DNA of 64,000 nucleotides from Podarcis melisellensis (taxonomy: Eukaryota), in assembly GCA_964234715.1 (NCBI GenBank), contig OZ174278.1. One strand, given 5' to 3'. Within the stretch, counting starts at the first letter, position 1. Every line of letters begins with the position of its first letter. Below the pieces are notes generated by a model. That model worked only from the letters and a program-made list of their open reading frames with translations. It made no database searches and had not been told where the DNA came from. Both the position numbers and the translations under genes were made by a program. Below are positions 37,931 to 50,231 of this stretch, one piece after another.

Positions 37931-39404
37931 ATAGAACTAGTAGTAAACTGGATTTTTAAATAGAATTTTGTCCCCTGCAGCAAATGTAAGCCATAAAAGG
38001 AAGCAGGTGAGGATTTATGAATGCAAAGGAGTCCCAGAACAAATGCTGGCTTCTGGAAAGATTTTCATTGCTGCATTATTTGTTTTACTGTACTCTAGAT
38101 ACAGGAACATGGTTGTGAATAATGATAATATATACGACATTAGCAAAATGACATTGTGCTTCCTTTTCGCCATATGTGAGGCTGAAAATGTTACAGATGC
38201 TTCAAAGTTGAGATCCTCTTTATTTTCCTTTCCCCCCTTAATAGACTAGAAATTTAATTTATCAAACAAAATACTCTACTCTACTTAGCTGCCTAATGTG
38301 CAAGTTCAATTCTCCTTGGAACTTTGAATCAATATAATTCTGATGATTTTTAGAACACATTTCTGTAATGCAATTATTCGTTCTGAAATCTGACAGCACT
38401 TACTACTAGCATAGCTGCTGAAAAGTGTCGCTCTCCTTCTTAGAATGAAAAAATGTAATTAGTTTAAAAAAGAAATATTGATTAAATTCAGACAGAAGGT
38501 TGAGAAAGAATCTCTCTCTATAATCCTAGCAGTTCTTTCTTCATTAATGGAAAGAGAATAGTTATTTGTTTCACTTCTGGTGCAAATTCAGAAGTTTAAA
38601 TGAGGACTTATTTGAGTTGCACAGGTAGGTTTTCTGTGCCAGAACTTTTAAAAGTTGATGCAATGATCAACATGCCAGACACATATGCAATGTTTCACCA
38701 TTTATTTGGATACAAGTGTATACCTGTAGGGTCCACACAAATGGCAAACCTGATAATGTTGAAGATTTAGAGTGGGATCAGCTTCTATATATCAAGAAAG
38801 TTCCACATGTCCTCAAAAGAAAGAAGTGCTACTTCTGAAACTCTCCAAAACTCAGCTATCATGGGGGAAACCAAAGAAAAAGGCTCAGCACATTTATTGT
38901 TTTTGCAAAGAAGGTATTCATGGCCAGATGATGATGATGGTGATATTGATATGTGATAAATGAGTGTGATAAATAAAAGGGCAACACAATAATGAAATAA
39001 GGTTGATCCTGTTCAGGTTAGTCTGTCAGGAAATACTCTTAACGAGTAATTTTGTGTCCACTAGAACCCCCCACATTCTGCTAGATGTGTTCCAGACAAG
39101 TAGAACGTTTTGGGAATTAGAGGCCTATCACATAGCACTGACAACCCAGCTTTAGAAAATGTTTCTTTTAATGGATGAGTGTTATAATATATTTATACCT
39201 TTGCTTCATCGTTTATTTCCTAGGAGAGTCTGACTGTTTGCTACCGGTATTTTGTTCACCTTGCCTAGTTTGTAGTTGGAAGGACATTTTCTAGTGACAA
39301 ATGACTAACTAGTTATCTTGTTTGTTTCCTGCATCCCGAGTTTACTTTTAGGAGAAGACAGAGATGCTGAGCCTTTCTGCATGCAAAGTATGTGTTCTCC
39401 CATG

Positions 39405-39573
39405 CAGTGGCGTAGCGTGGGTTGTCAGCACCCGGGGCAAGGCAAGTAATTTGCGCCCCCTAACCCATGGATTTGCGCCCCCTAACCCGTGGATTTGTGC
39501 CCCCTAACCCTAACCCCCAGATGTTGCGCCCGGTGCGGCCAGCCCCCCCTGCACCCCCCACGCTATGCCACTG
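39405..39573. mobile_element. hAT (Tip100-like) MITE with internal 22-bp tandem repeat
   Basis: TIRs CAGTGGCGTAGCGTGG / CCACGCTATGCCACTG. Exact 8-bp TSD CTCCCATG. About 3 copies of ATTTGCGCCCCCTAACCCGTGG. Confidence 0.92.
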
Positions 39574-40039
39574 CTCCCATGGATAGATATTTCCACTTTG
39601 GTGAACCTTTTAGTGTGCAAGTTATCAGAATCTGACAATGTGATTGGAAGGACAAACTGCAGGTGATGGATCTTACCTGCCTCTTTAAATAGATGTTTAC
39701 CTTAAAGTGCGTTCTGGACCACCCCACAGCCCACATTTTACTTTATTTCAGTTAACTTGGGACACTAACTGCAGGAAATGAATTTTTGCCTGCTATTATT
39801 TATCCATTTTTACTCTGTCAACTGAACATATAACTTGAGTATGCATACAGTTATACCTAACTAGGACAGAACCGGATTTTTAAAAATGGCTCAGCTGCAA
39901 TCTGGTTTCAGCAAAAAATGAGAATTTAGAATTTCAAAAATCAAAATTACTTGCTGTTTCAGACAGCAAGAGGTTCTTACTGAGCGCTCCACCCCTATCT
40001 AAAGAGACAAGTATGATTCATTAGGTGAAGTTAAGTACT

Positions 40040-40320
40040 TTGCTTATTTCTTTCATATACTGCTTCATTGTAATAAAAACCTCAAAGTGGTTTACAAAAA
40101 GGTAAAACAAGAAAAATCCACAACCATACCATAAAACAAACAAAAGTTAAAATAATAAAGCTGATTACATTTATCTCAACATTCTAAGCATCTAAGTAGG
40201 CTTCTCTAAACAAAAATGATTTTAGCAGGCACTGAAAAGGTTACAGTGAAGGCGCTTGCTTGATCTCAATAGGCAGGGAGTTCCAAAGCTCAGGGGCTGC
40301 CACACAAATGACCGAGTTCT
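40040..40320 (-). mobile_element. L2 LINE 3' end fragment
   Basis: Minus frame reads SVICVAAPELWNSLPIEIKQAPSL (ORF 40241..40537), the L2 C-terminal motif, followed by a T-rich 3' UTR. Confidence 0.8.
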
Positions 40321-41044
40321 TACAAATGTGAATGGGCATTAATGCTTTTGGAAGGAATTTTACATATTTGCCAAATTTCAGACTACTGCAAAAAAACAAA
40401 CAAACCCATAAACACGAAGAAAAACTGTTTTTCTCCATGGTGGCTGATTTTTTATTTCTTGACATTTTAAATGACACCACTTTCGCTTCCAAGAGAACAT
40501 GGTATTCTGAAAGTATGGCAGGATGGGAAAATATCAAATAGTTATAATATTATATTTTATTTTTTTCTGGTTGAAAATCTTTGGAACTACTTAGCTTCCT
40601 TATGGCAAGATGAGGATATTAGAATAATATATAACCGCTAAACAAAAGTCACAGAGTGGGATATAAGGACAGTATATAACACATACCACCTAAGAGTTAT
40701 TATTAAAGGATGGCACTGCCATCTTGTGTTTGTACATCTATAATATGTTCCATTTTCTTTTGCAAGTTGTTTGTAGACAGCTTGGATTTCTATGTGGGGG
40801 GGGGGACGTGCTTATTGTTTCACATTGCTCTCTACTGTGCAGACTAATATACATACCTAATTGATTAAATGAACTTATTTACATAATCATGCTTAAAGTC
40901 ACTATGTTAGTAAAAATGCAGCTTATGCTAGTGAAAATGTTTTTCAGTGACTTGGTTTTTCATCTGTTTATTATTGTATTTTTATCCTGTGATTCCTCCA
41001 AGGGCAACAAGTATGGGGTTGTCTCATTTTCTAATCACTACAGC

Positions 41045-41590
41045 CCCATGGGGTGTATGGAGTGTTAGGGGAGGGGTTGGACCTCTGATGTGGGACACAT
41101 CATGCCCCTTCTGGGTTAGTTTGTCCATCTTTGGTCCCTACCTGCACTCAGCTCTCATCTGTGGCTCCTAGAAGCTGTCAGCATGTGACAGTGCCCATAT
41201 CCTGGGAAACAGCTTTGACTGCCTGGCTACACCAGGTGTGGGTAACAGATGTGTCTCAAATCTTTGGTGAGTTAGGGGCTTCCCTTACATTCAAAGTCAG
41301 GCTGCAGCAGATTGAGTGGACCAGACTTAATATTGGGTCCAATGGTCAAGAAGGCAGTTTCTGCACATGCTGTAGAGGGAAGTGGGGGATAGATGAGACT
41401 CATCAACCCAGGTAGCCCATCTAGGAGAAAGGAAACTCTGATCCTCAACCTTGTGGAATATTTTCAGAAGAAGAAAAGGCTACATAGTAAACCCTACACA
41501 AATCCAGAGAAGTCCCTAAGACAGTTGGATTCCACCTTTTACACATCCTTCTGGCAGCCAAGATGGTACCAAACATATTGATCTTCTAGG
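41045..41590 (+). mobile_element. Probable RTE-clade LINE 5' UTR fragment
   Basis: GGTAGCCCATCTAGGAGAAAGGAAACTCTGAT...AGTAAACCCTACACAAATCC and CAGCTCTCATCTGTGGCTCC resemble RTE 5' regions (recalled). No ORF. Confidence 0.5.
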
Positions 41591-42498
41591 TAAGGATGTG
41601 GTGGTGAGGAGTTTTCCCCACCCAAATATTATGTGGAATATATTTTGTCACATCTGTATCCAATTTGAATAGTTTCATTCATGCACACCACCCTGCAATC
41701 CATTTGAATGGAGGGTGGTCTAGAAAGGTTTTTAAGAAAGAAATAGCCATTACTGCCTTCACTGGTTTGAAAGGTTACCTGCTCCAATATTTTCTCAACC
41801 TTGAGCTTTATAATAAAGTATTTGAGCTGGTCTTGATAATTGCCTGGCCCTAAATAGGGACTACTAATACCCAAGAACAAATGCTGATTCTGATCTCTGT
41901 CCACCACCTTTTGCAAGTCATGTATTAGCAGCAATGAGGTGGTTTACCAAGCACTAGAGTACTGATGTGAACTAATGAACCATTACTTGGTACAGCACCT
42001 TTGAAACAGCCTTAATAAGGCTTAGCTAATTTGAAGAATAAGGCATTTGAAAGCAACAGCGCAAGTAAGGCAATACCTTGAATGGGAATCGCATCAAATA
42101 GTATTTGAGATATAACATTTACTTCATTATTCCTTCCGTGCAGTAGCGTTGGCTAATTTAAAATATGGTACATATAAAATGAATCAGCATCATATTCTAA
42201 TAATATAAAAGTTAAAGAATTGCAGCCAGTATTAACAAATATATGTTTGGGAGCCCAGTTATATTTTCCATATACTTCTGATAGTGAAGCAGTTTATAAA
42301 GCTGTATTCTTACTCAACCCTTTCCCCAAGACATTGGTGAATGTTGGTTACATTCTGCCATTTAAGGCTACACATGTGGTTCCTTATTGAAGATGGGGAA
42401 GCTCCCCATGGCTTGGGTCAGATTGGGCTAGAAACCAACTGAGCCGATTTCTCTCTCCTATCCCCCCCCCAAAAAGAAGATTACCAGAGAATATATTG

Positions 42499-42500
<2 letters not shown>

Positions 42501-42542
<42 letters not shown>
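42501..42542. repeat. (ATT)14 microsatellite
   Basis: Perfect array. Confidence 0.95.
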
Positions 42543-43768
42543 TCCAAATTCAGCACCTTCACTCCACACCTAGCCTCAAAATTATGTTTGTATGCAAACT
42601 TGTCCTGCTCCAAGTCCCATCACTGTGAATGACAGTTATGCTGGCCAGTAGGATCTCTTCTGGGAAGTGGAACTGTAGTAAGCGGTCGAAAGTCATAGGC
42701 ATCTTGAGTGTGCAAGGACCCACATTTTGAGCTGTAAGATGCAAACAGACAGCCTAGTCCAGGGGAGCATGTGCTGCCACTGCTTTGCACCTTGGGATCT
42801 GGGACTACAAGGTGACTGCTTCCAGACAGGAAGGTATCAAGGCTGCAGCAGTGAAGGTGGTTTTGTTTTTGACTTCCCAGTAAGCACTTTTTTTTGGCTG
42901 CAATCTTTTAAACTCTCCCTATTTAGTTCAATGGAGCCTTGATAATTGAAGGGGTGTTAATAGTTGTTGTAGCCCTGAAAGTGTTTGGTGGGGAAGAAAC
43001 AAAAGCCTACCATTGAAGAAAGACCCATATGGACACTCATGGACTGTAAAGCGCTGGCTACTACTTTCCATTTTAATCTCAGAGAAGAATTTGGGGGCTT
43101 GCCTCTTCTTTCATCATCACAGGCCCTGAAATGGGTGCACTATTGATTTTTTATTCATTTATGAAATTTCTACACCACTTTCCATTATACCACGTGACCA
43201 CAGAGTGGTTCACCATTGTGCAACATAAAATACAATCAGTAAAAACGATCACCTACAAAACAGTAAAACACAGCAGTGCAGAATAAATACTGAAGCCCTG
43301 GGCAACTAGTTAAGTTCCTCCAATGGCTCTTCAAAAATTATTAGCATCTCTAAGCGTTAGAAGATGGAATAGAATGAATGTCAGGGCGAATGGCATTCCT
43401 AAGCAGACTCCAGCCACTAGCGGTCAATGGGGCAGCATGGGTGGGGCAGTGTTGCTTCTCTGGCTTCCAAATGCCAAACATCACTGCTGGAGGAGCACGG
43501 CGTAGTTCAGGTGCAGCAGTGGGGCCAATATGATGCTCCCACCACTGTGCTACCTCAAGCTCCACTGCCTCCCACTTCTCATCTTTCCCTTGGAAACTGA
43601 AAGTGACATTGGGAATGCTAGACATTGGGAAGCCAGGTGAGCAATACAGGCCCACCTTACCTCCTGCCTGCTGACCTCTGCTGACTGTGTCCCAGACTTG
43701 TACAATACTTGTATAAATACATACATTAGTAGACTCATAACAAACATGTGAAGGTCAGCTTTGAAATT

Positions 43769-43770
<2 letters not shown>

Positions 43771-43816
<46 letters not shown>
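43771..43816. repeat. (TG)23 microsatellite
   Basis: Perfect dinucleotide array. Confidence 0.97.
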
Positions 43817-43817
<1 letters not shown>

Positions 43818-44769
43818 TAGAAATGATTTCAATACACCACCCATCACTAGATGGGCATCAGATGTCTCTACTGAGTAGCTGGCTATCCTGGAAGACTACA
43901 CATCCCTGGTTAATCCTATGCTGTACATGCCAGGAACTCAGTTAACTTTCTAAGCAGAAGTAAAATTCTATGATGCAGATGAGCATTACAAGCTCAAGAA
44001 GTTTGTACTCCAAGCCAGGAGACAGACTTCAGTGGCTTGCATTTTCTGTTACCTGTGCATCTTCGTGATGCCACTATTAATGACAAACTCACTGAACCTT
44101 CCATTAGTGTCCCTCAGCTCTTAAGAAGCACTTGCATGATTTGAAGTGCATTGTGTTACATGCCATTACTGAAAGAAAAGCAAAGGTGTGCTTTGTGTGT
44201 CTTAAGTAAGTCTCTAGCCTTATTAACATGGTGATAAATCACATATCCAATGCACTATGTGGTGCACTTAAAGAAAATAGTCTTCTACAGCCATACATTA
44301 TGCAAGCTCTTTTTGATACATTGACTGGAGAGATCCAGTGGGTGGAAAGTAGCAACTGCTTGCTAAATTTACCTTTATGACAATCAAACTCATTGCTTCT
44401 TGTCCTTTCAATGGTAGGCAAGGTGATGATACACTCACCTTGGAAAGCTACTGAAGAACAAATCATGAAGATATCTTAGTTTTGTTCTCACTGTGGGACT
44501 GAACTGACCATATTACAAGTGTGTGAGCCATCTTTGGTGTTGACACAAGAGTCAATATCTCACTCCGCCCATTGGACGAGTCCTTGACATGCTCACTTGT
44601 TTATATTACCAATAAGAAAAACAAACTATTGTATTGACCTTCCTGGCTTGCCATACCAGGAACTGTTTGGTCAGCTCTCAAGGCAGTGTGCTTTTTAGTG
44701 TCAGTTCTGTATTACAAGCAGCAATATTCTGCATGGTTTGTACCCTCCATAAAGTTTTTCATTAAGAGC

Positions 44770-45145
44770 ATTGTGTTGTTAAAGTAAATTGCTGACAGGG
44801 TCTATCCCAAATCACAATGTGGTTGTAGAGCTCAGAAGTCGAGAGTTGACATGAATTTTGTCACTGCGCCAGTGGCAGGAGAAATGCCAAAAGCAGAGAC
44901 ACATTGCCTTCATGGACCAAACAAATGCCTTTGACTTCATCAGCTGAAAATAACTCTACACAGCTCAAAAAGATAGGGTGTTCACCTACGTTTCACAATG
45001 ATGGTTCCCTTCCACAAGAACATGCATGGCACCGTCCTTGGATGTCTTCCTTATAAAGAGTTGTGTGAAGCAGGGCTGTATTCTCACCCCAACACCTTTG
45101 GCATATTCTTCTCCCTGTTGGTTTCATATACCTTCAGCACAACTA
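44770..45145 (+). mobile_element. RTE-clade LINE reverse transcriptase fossil
   Basis: Frameshifted segments IADRVYPKSQCGCRAQKSRVDM, LRQWQEKCQKQ, IAFMDQTNAFD, IKSCVKQGCILTPT and FGIFFSLL match the RT motifs PESQCGFR, LRQLQEKC, FIDLTKAFD and GVKQGC.LAPTLF. Confidence 0.88.
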
Positions 45146-45188
45146 AAAACAAGACAGCCTAATATAGACCCTCCCCATACCCAATTCC

Positions 45189-45797
45189 TGTGTACCACTG
45201 AACCCCTGGCCTACCTGGTAGCAAGTCGGTAGGCCAAGTTTCCAGTCCAGGGTCAGTCCACATGTCCAAAGTCTGAAGTTCAGAGTCCAGACTGAAGCAC
45301 AGTCCCACAGAGATCCTGGAACATCCAAGCTGAGGTCCTACAACATGAGCAGTTCAGCAAACACAGCACCTCATCTCTGCTTCCCTTTTGTACTTTGCTT
45401 GCTGATTGCAACATCTGGGCTTGATGAGGCATGTGACCTTCACCTGCTCCAAGCCTACTCTAGCTGAAGAATCACACTCTCCTTCCCAGAGCTAGCCTGC
45501 CCCATCTGGCCAGCTAGTGGACCTCTTCCTCCAGTAGCACCCTCTCCACTGATCCCTATGCCTCAGAGTCCACCGTATTCATAGAGACAGGGCCCCTTCT
45601 GGCCCTGGTGATGGGTCCTGCTGCTCTGGTTCCCGTGCACTGACACCATCCCCTCATAATCCTCTGTCACCCCATAAGTACTTCCTGCACCCATCTCTCC
45701 TTACCCACCCCCAACTTGCCCCAGTGTATCCCAGTACCAGCTACACCCCTCATAGGGATCCTCTTCCTCCTCCCCATAGTCCTGCCAGTTCATGACA
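45189..45797 (-). mobile_element. Probable Gypsy-type solo LTR (decayed)
   Basis: The minus strand starts TGTCATGAACTGGCAGGACTATGGGGAGGAGGAAGAGG and is purine-rich. It lies just after the point where the RTE fragment stops. The left boundary is approximate and no TSD was found. Confidence 0.45.
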
Positions 45798-46035
45798 CAC
45801 CACATGCAGCAGCCTCATGATCCATGGACATATGCAGATACAATGCATTTTCAAATGTTTAAAAGCTTAAAAAGTAAGCTTTTGTGCAAAACGAAAGCAA
45901 AATTTGTATAACTGCAGCTTTGCATTGAATGCAATTTTTACTGTCCAGATTTGGTGAACTAGAATATAGCAACTCTGCTTATTATTTTTGTCACTATCTT
46001 AAATATTAGGAGTATGCCACAATATTACCCAGCCT

Positions 46036-46530
46036 ATGAACCGACCAATCTGGCCTTGTGAGATTCATTGGGACAGTGGCTTAGCAAGCCGCTCGGGTGC
46101 TGGCTGCAGCATGTGTGTCCTGCAGCTTGGGGCAGGGTTTGCTGCATGGAGCCTCTCCACCATCTCCCCCTCAGCTGTAGGGTGGCTGAGGAAGAGGCGG
46201 AGGGCAGACACAAGCGCCACGCTGCCATTTCAGGCAGTGAAGAGCCTGCAGATGCCCAAGCCACCATGTCCCAGGAGAAATTGGTGGCTCGGGCATGTTG
46301 CAGGCCCTGTGGTAAGTGCCAGCCACATTTTGTTGTGTTTGTTGACTGAACTAAAAAGTTTTATGAGCCCAATTTTTTATTTTTTATTTTTTAAAACTCA
46401 TTTTTTTGTCATTTTGTCACCCCCCTCAGTGGTGACCCCCCACACACACACCCTTCCTCTGCCACTGCATTGGAATGTTTTAAGGGACCATTTTGAATTC
46501 TGGCCAGGTATGAAAAATGAGAATGCCCTG
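46036..46530. mobile_element. GC-rich decayed DNA-transposon-like insert
   Basis: Compositional island ending GAGAATGCCCTG (CAGGG-type terminus). The left end is not resolved. Confidence 0.3.
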
Positions 46531-46854
46531 AAAGTATACTGATTGGTATACTGCCACAGAAGTGTGTTAGTCATTAAATACGACATTTCAGGAAACAGGA
46601 GCCAGCTCTGTATCAAAGCAGGATCTTCCTACACTCATGCAGGCAGTCCATCTGTCCACATTCATTTCCCTCTTTTCTAAAATGCGTATTCTCAATTAAG
46701 CAACAAGTAACTTTTACCGAAGCTCTGAATGACCTGCAAAACAGTTGGGCCTCAACAGAACCTGTGCACACTGAAGGAACTGTTTCTGATGCTGTATTAG
46801 AAATGCCTAGATCCTCAAGGCAAAAGTAATGAAAGGGCAGCAAAACAATGCCGG

Positions 46855-47250
46855 AAGCTCATTACTAATGTCAAACCATATTTGTCATTTATTCATCAAT
46901 GACTGTCTTTTCTGATCGCTCATCGCTGAACAAAATGACAAAGTCATTTGAAAGGCAACAGTAGACAAATGATGCCTAGCAAGAGCTGGTGTGATAAAGC
47001 TCATTTTTAACATTGTTCCAGTTTTGAAAAACAAGGGCACAGAAAGACCGTGGTGGCTACATTTTCTGAAAGCAGTGCTTGCTTGATATCTTTTCATATT
47101 TATTGCAGACTCAGAGATAAACACGAGCCCCGAGGTCTACCTTATTTAAGGAACTGACATGATATTGATAGCAAAGTCCATTCAAGTGATGGGACAGTCA
47201 TTGATTGGCTTCCTTTCAGGGTTCTGTAATATTAATAGTGAAATCAGAGA
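46855..47250. promoter_or_regulatory. Candidate enhancer-like non-coding element
   Basis: Repeat-free. ATTCATCA (TGATGAAT) at 46891 lies next to TTGTCA at 46882, with further TGACA, GATAA and CATTGTT motifs and several CpGs. Confidence 0.35.
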
Positions 47251-47721
47251 GAATATCCCTACAGCCTTCCCCCTTACCCCATCTAGACAATATATATTTT
47301 TCATCCTGAATGGTGGTAGACAGTTCTTATCATCCACCTAAATATCATTGTTATGAGCAATTTCGGTTAAGAACCACCTATGGTTTTATAAGACATTTTC
47401 CTGGCAGCAATTTAGAACTTTTTAGGCACAAAGTCTTTGCTAAGAAGACATGGCAAGGATTTTGCTTGCCATAGATCAGTTCCAGTTCAGAAGCCAGGCT
47501 GACACATGTTCCAGACTTCCACCATTACTTACTTCCTGTTCACACTTTGTGCCTCCTGACAATTATATTGAACTTTTATATGATTTTCTGTCAGTTGGGT
47601 GAAAGCATGTGTGAAGCATAAAAAAGCACAGGGTAGGATTCTGTAATGGGTGAGATCCACCAGTAGAGATGAAATTAGTTGTGTGTTTTCCTAGAGTAGG
47701 GTCTGCATTCCAGTGCCGCCT

Positions 47722-47920
47722 GCAACACCTCCTAGGCACACAGCTGTAACACTCATCTAGCAAAACCCTTGTAGGAATACAGTGGTACCTCAGGTTAAGA
47801 ACTTAATTCATTCCAGAGGTCCGTTCTTAATCTGAAATTGTTCTTAACCTGAGGTACCACTGTATTCCTACAAGGGTTTTGCTAGATGAGTGTTACAGCT
47901 GTGTGCATAGGAGGTGTTGC
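47722..47920. repeat. Near-perfect inverted repeat, 81-bp arms, 37-nt spacer
   Basis: 47722-47802 is the reverse complement of 47840-47920 with one mismatch (CCTAGGCAC vs CCTATGCAC). Confidence 0.95.
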
Positions 47921-47956
47921 TGTAACTTAAAGCATCTGTAACCCAAGGTACTACTG
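47780..47956. mobile_element. Tc1/mariner MITE family A, rearranged
   Basis: TA|CAGTGGTACCTC ... CCAAGGTACTACTG|TA. Reverse orientation relative to 32536. The interior is replaced by an inverted copy of its own flank. Confidence 0.85.
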
Positions 47957-48642
47957 TATAAGTAGCTGTCTGAAACACAACCAATATGTTTTGTAAAACT
48001 CACCATCTTGCATCAGTTTCTAGAATACAATCATAGTTTGGAAAGCTTAAAAGTTTCTTCATGGTACAGTTTTGTGGTATAAAGCTTTCTGAATAGTCAG
48101 AAGGGGAGGAATTTACGTGCAACATAGAGATATTATGGAAAGTGGGGAATTAAATTTAGTTTGTATTCCACAGCAGATTTGTTTTTTTTAGGCTTCAAAA
48201 TTTACACCCACTCAAAACTAGATATCATACTCCAAGTTTCATATAAGCAAAAGATAATATTCAAAAAAATAGATGTGTACCTTTGTGAAAGTGGTGATGC
48301 TCTCATATTATAAACCAACAGATGAAACATCTCTACCTTATAACTAGTAAGACAGTAGAAATGTACTAGATATTTGAGTAAGCACAATGCTATCTCTTTT
48401 AATCCTTTAAAGAATGTATGTAGGCATGTACTTTCTTTTCACATCAAATATATATGTATTTTCTTTATAAGATGTCTAGAATGCCTTCAGCCAATGTTTT
48501 GAATATAAACTCAGTCTTAAATAAACTGTTGTTACATTTCTATAATATTGTTCTCAAATGTATACCTGTCTTTAATGTAATATGAATCAGTTGTGGCCTC
48601 TCCCACAGCTGTAATATGGGTGATAATTCTAATCGTTACTAT

Positions 48643-49184
48643 TGTGCATCAACTGAATCTCTGAGCAATGCAAGATTCCTGGGGTTGCAGGCATTTACCC
48701 AGGGTTTGGTTTCCTTGGACTGAGAGACAGCAGAGACTCTGGAAACTTAATGATATATGGATTATTTGCACACATATATAGTCTGAGCCTACAATGGATC
48801 AGGGGTCACAGCATTATCACTCCAGAAGACCTTGCTTCTCCATAGACACAGCCTGAGGCTCCAGCAGAAATCAGGCATGACTCTCACTCTCTGGCTTTAC
48901 CCACTTCTAGATCAGCTCTCTCACACACTGGTTTTTCTCACTACCAGCCAGGTGAGAGAGGGGGACATTTGCCGAGCTTTCTTACACTAAGGACCATACT
49001 TGCGCCCATTACCAAGAAGCTGGCCTGGCTACTTCAACAATTGAATAGTCCATTAGATTCAATTAGTGGCTGGGGAAACCCAGCCAGATGGGTCGGGTAT
49101 AAATAATAAATTATATTAATAATAATAATAATAATAATAACCATTGCTGGATCCAGGAATTAGAAGGGACTCAGGCATAATACA
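48643..49184 (-). mobile_element. Putative solo LTR (family 2), interrupted by an L2 tail
   Basis: The reverse complement shares GGTAAATGCCTG.AACCCC.GGAATCT...TGCTCAGAGATT and TTCTAAT.CCTGGATCCAGCAA with 56582-57120. TG...CA ends are plausible; no TSD. Confidence 0.55.
49066..49140 (+). mobile_element. L2 3' tail with (AAT)n
   Basis: TGGCTGGGGAAACCCAGCCAGATGGGTCGGGTATAAATAATAAA matches 24714-24757. Confidence 0.75.
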
Positions 49185-49186
49185 GG

Positions 49187-49505
49187 CAGAGCCTAGGACT
49201 TGCCGATCAGAAGGAGGCAGTTCAAATCCCCGCGACGGGGTGAGTGCCTGTTGTTTGGTCCCAGCTCCTGCCAACCTAGCAGTTCGAAAGCACCTCAAAG
49301 TACAAATAGATAAATAGGTACCAGTCTGGCGGGAAGGTAAACGGCATTTCTGTGCACTGCTCTGGTTCGCCAGAAGCAGCTTAGTCATGCTGGCCACATG
49401 ACCTGGGAGCTGTACGCCGGCTCCCTCAGCCAATAAAGCGAGATGAGCGCTGCAACCCCAGAGTCGGTCATGACTGGACATAATGGTCTGGGGTCCTTTT
49501 ACCTT
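49187..49505 (+). mobile_element. Sauria SINE (Squam1), slightly 5'-truncated
   Basis: B-box GTTCAAATCC, body CCTGCCAACCTAGCAGTTCGAAAGCAC...GCTGGCCACATGACC, TTTACCTTT tail and a candidate TSD TACAGG (49181-49186 / 49506-49511). Confidence 0.92.
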
Positions 49506-50231
49506 TACAGGTGTCATATAGCCTACCTGCCCATCCCCACCTGCCAAACTCACAACAAGATTATGTAGATCATATGTATGGACAGCACTTTGAATTATCA
49601 CAAGCACTATAAACATGTTTATTATGAAGTTGTTCCTACATGGTGATAAATGTACAATGCTCAATATGTAACTAGAAAGCATGTCAAATTAGAAATCCCA
49701 TCTTTCATGTTTTCCAACTGGGAAGCATCTAGGAAAAGACAAGTTCATGAAGGTATTTGCAGGAGTCTGTTGTTCAGGAAAGTGATAGGGTATGCTAATT
49801 TGCAGACAGTTCATTTTTAATTGCACTGTGCCCTAGGCACAATATATATATGAAACTCATCAGAGGTACAATTAGTTGTAAAACTCAAGACAAATGTAAT
49901 ATTTACACTTTCATTGTCTGTCTAATTTCTTTAGGGCAATTAAAGCCAATTAAAAATACAGAAAGGCAGGAAGTTCACATCTGTTTAGACAGAAATCACT
50001 GCAAGTGCCTTGGGATGTTTTTATGTTCCTACAATGGAACCTTTGAGTTCAAAGCAGAAGATAGATGCTTCATCACAATGCTCTGAAGCCTTTGAAGAAT
50101 AAATATAAGAGATCTCTTGTTATTTGATGATATGATAGAAAAGATGCAAAGAGACACAAAGGGTAGAACCAAGTGCTCAAGAGGGGACTTTCTGAAACAA
50201 GCATAATGCATGTCTAACAACACATATCTAA

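Noticed and set aside
49116-49682. Longest ORF (188 aa), plus similar ORFs at 10131, 57067 and 57553
   Set aside because: These are antisense translations of Sauria SINEs (shared LPGHVASMTK / FRTARLAG-type peptides), not genes.
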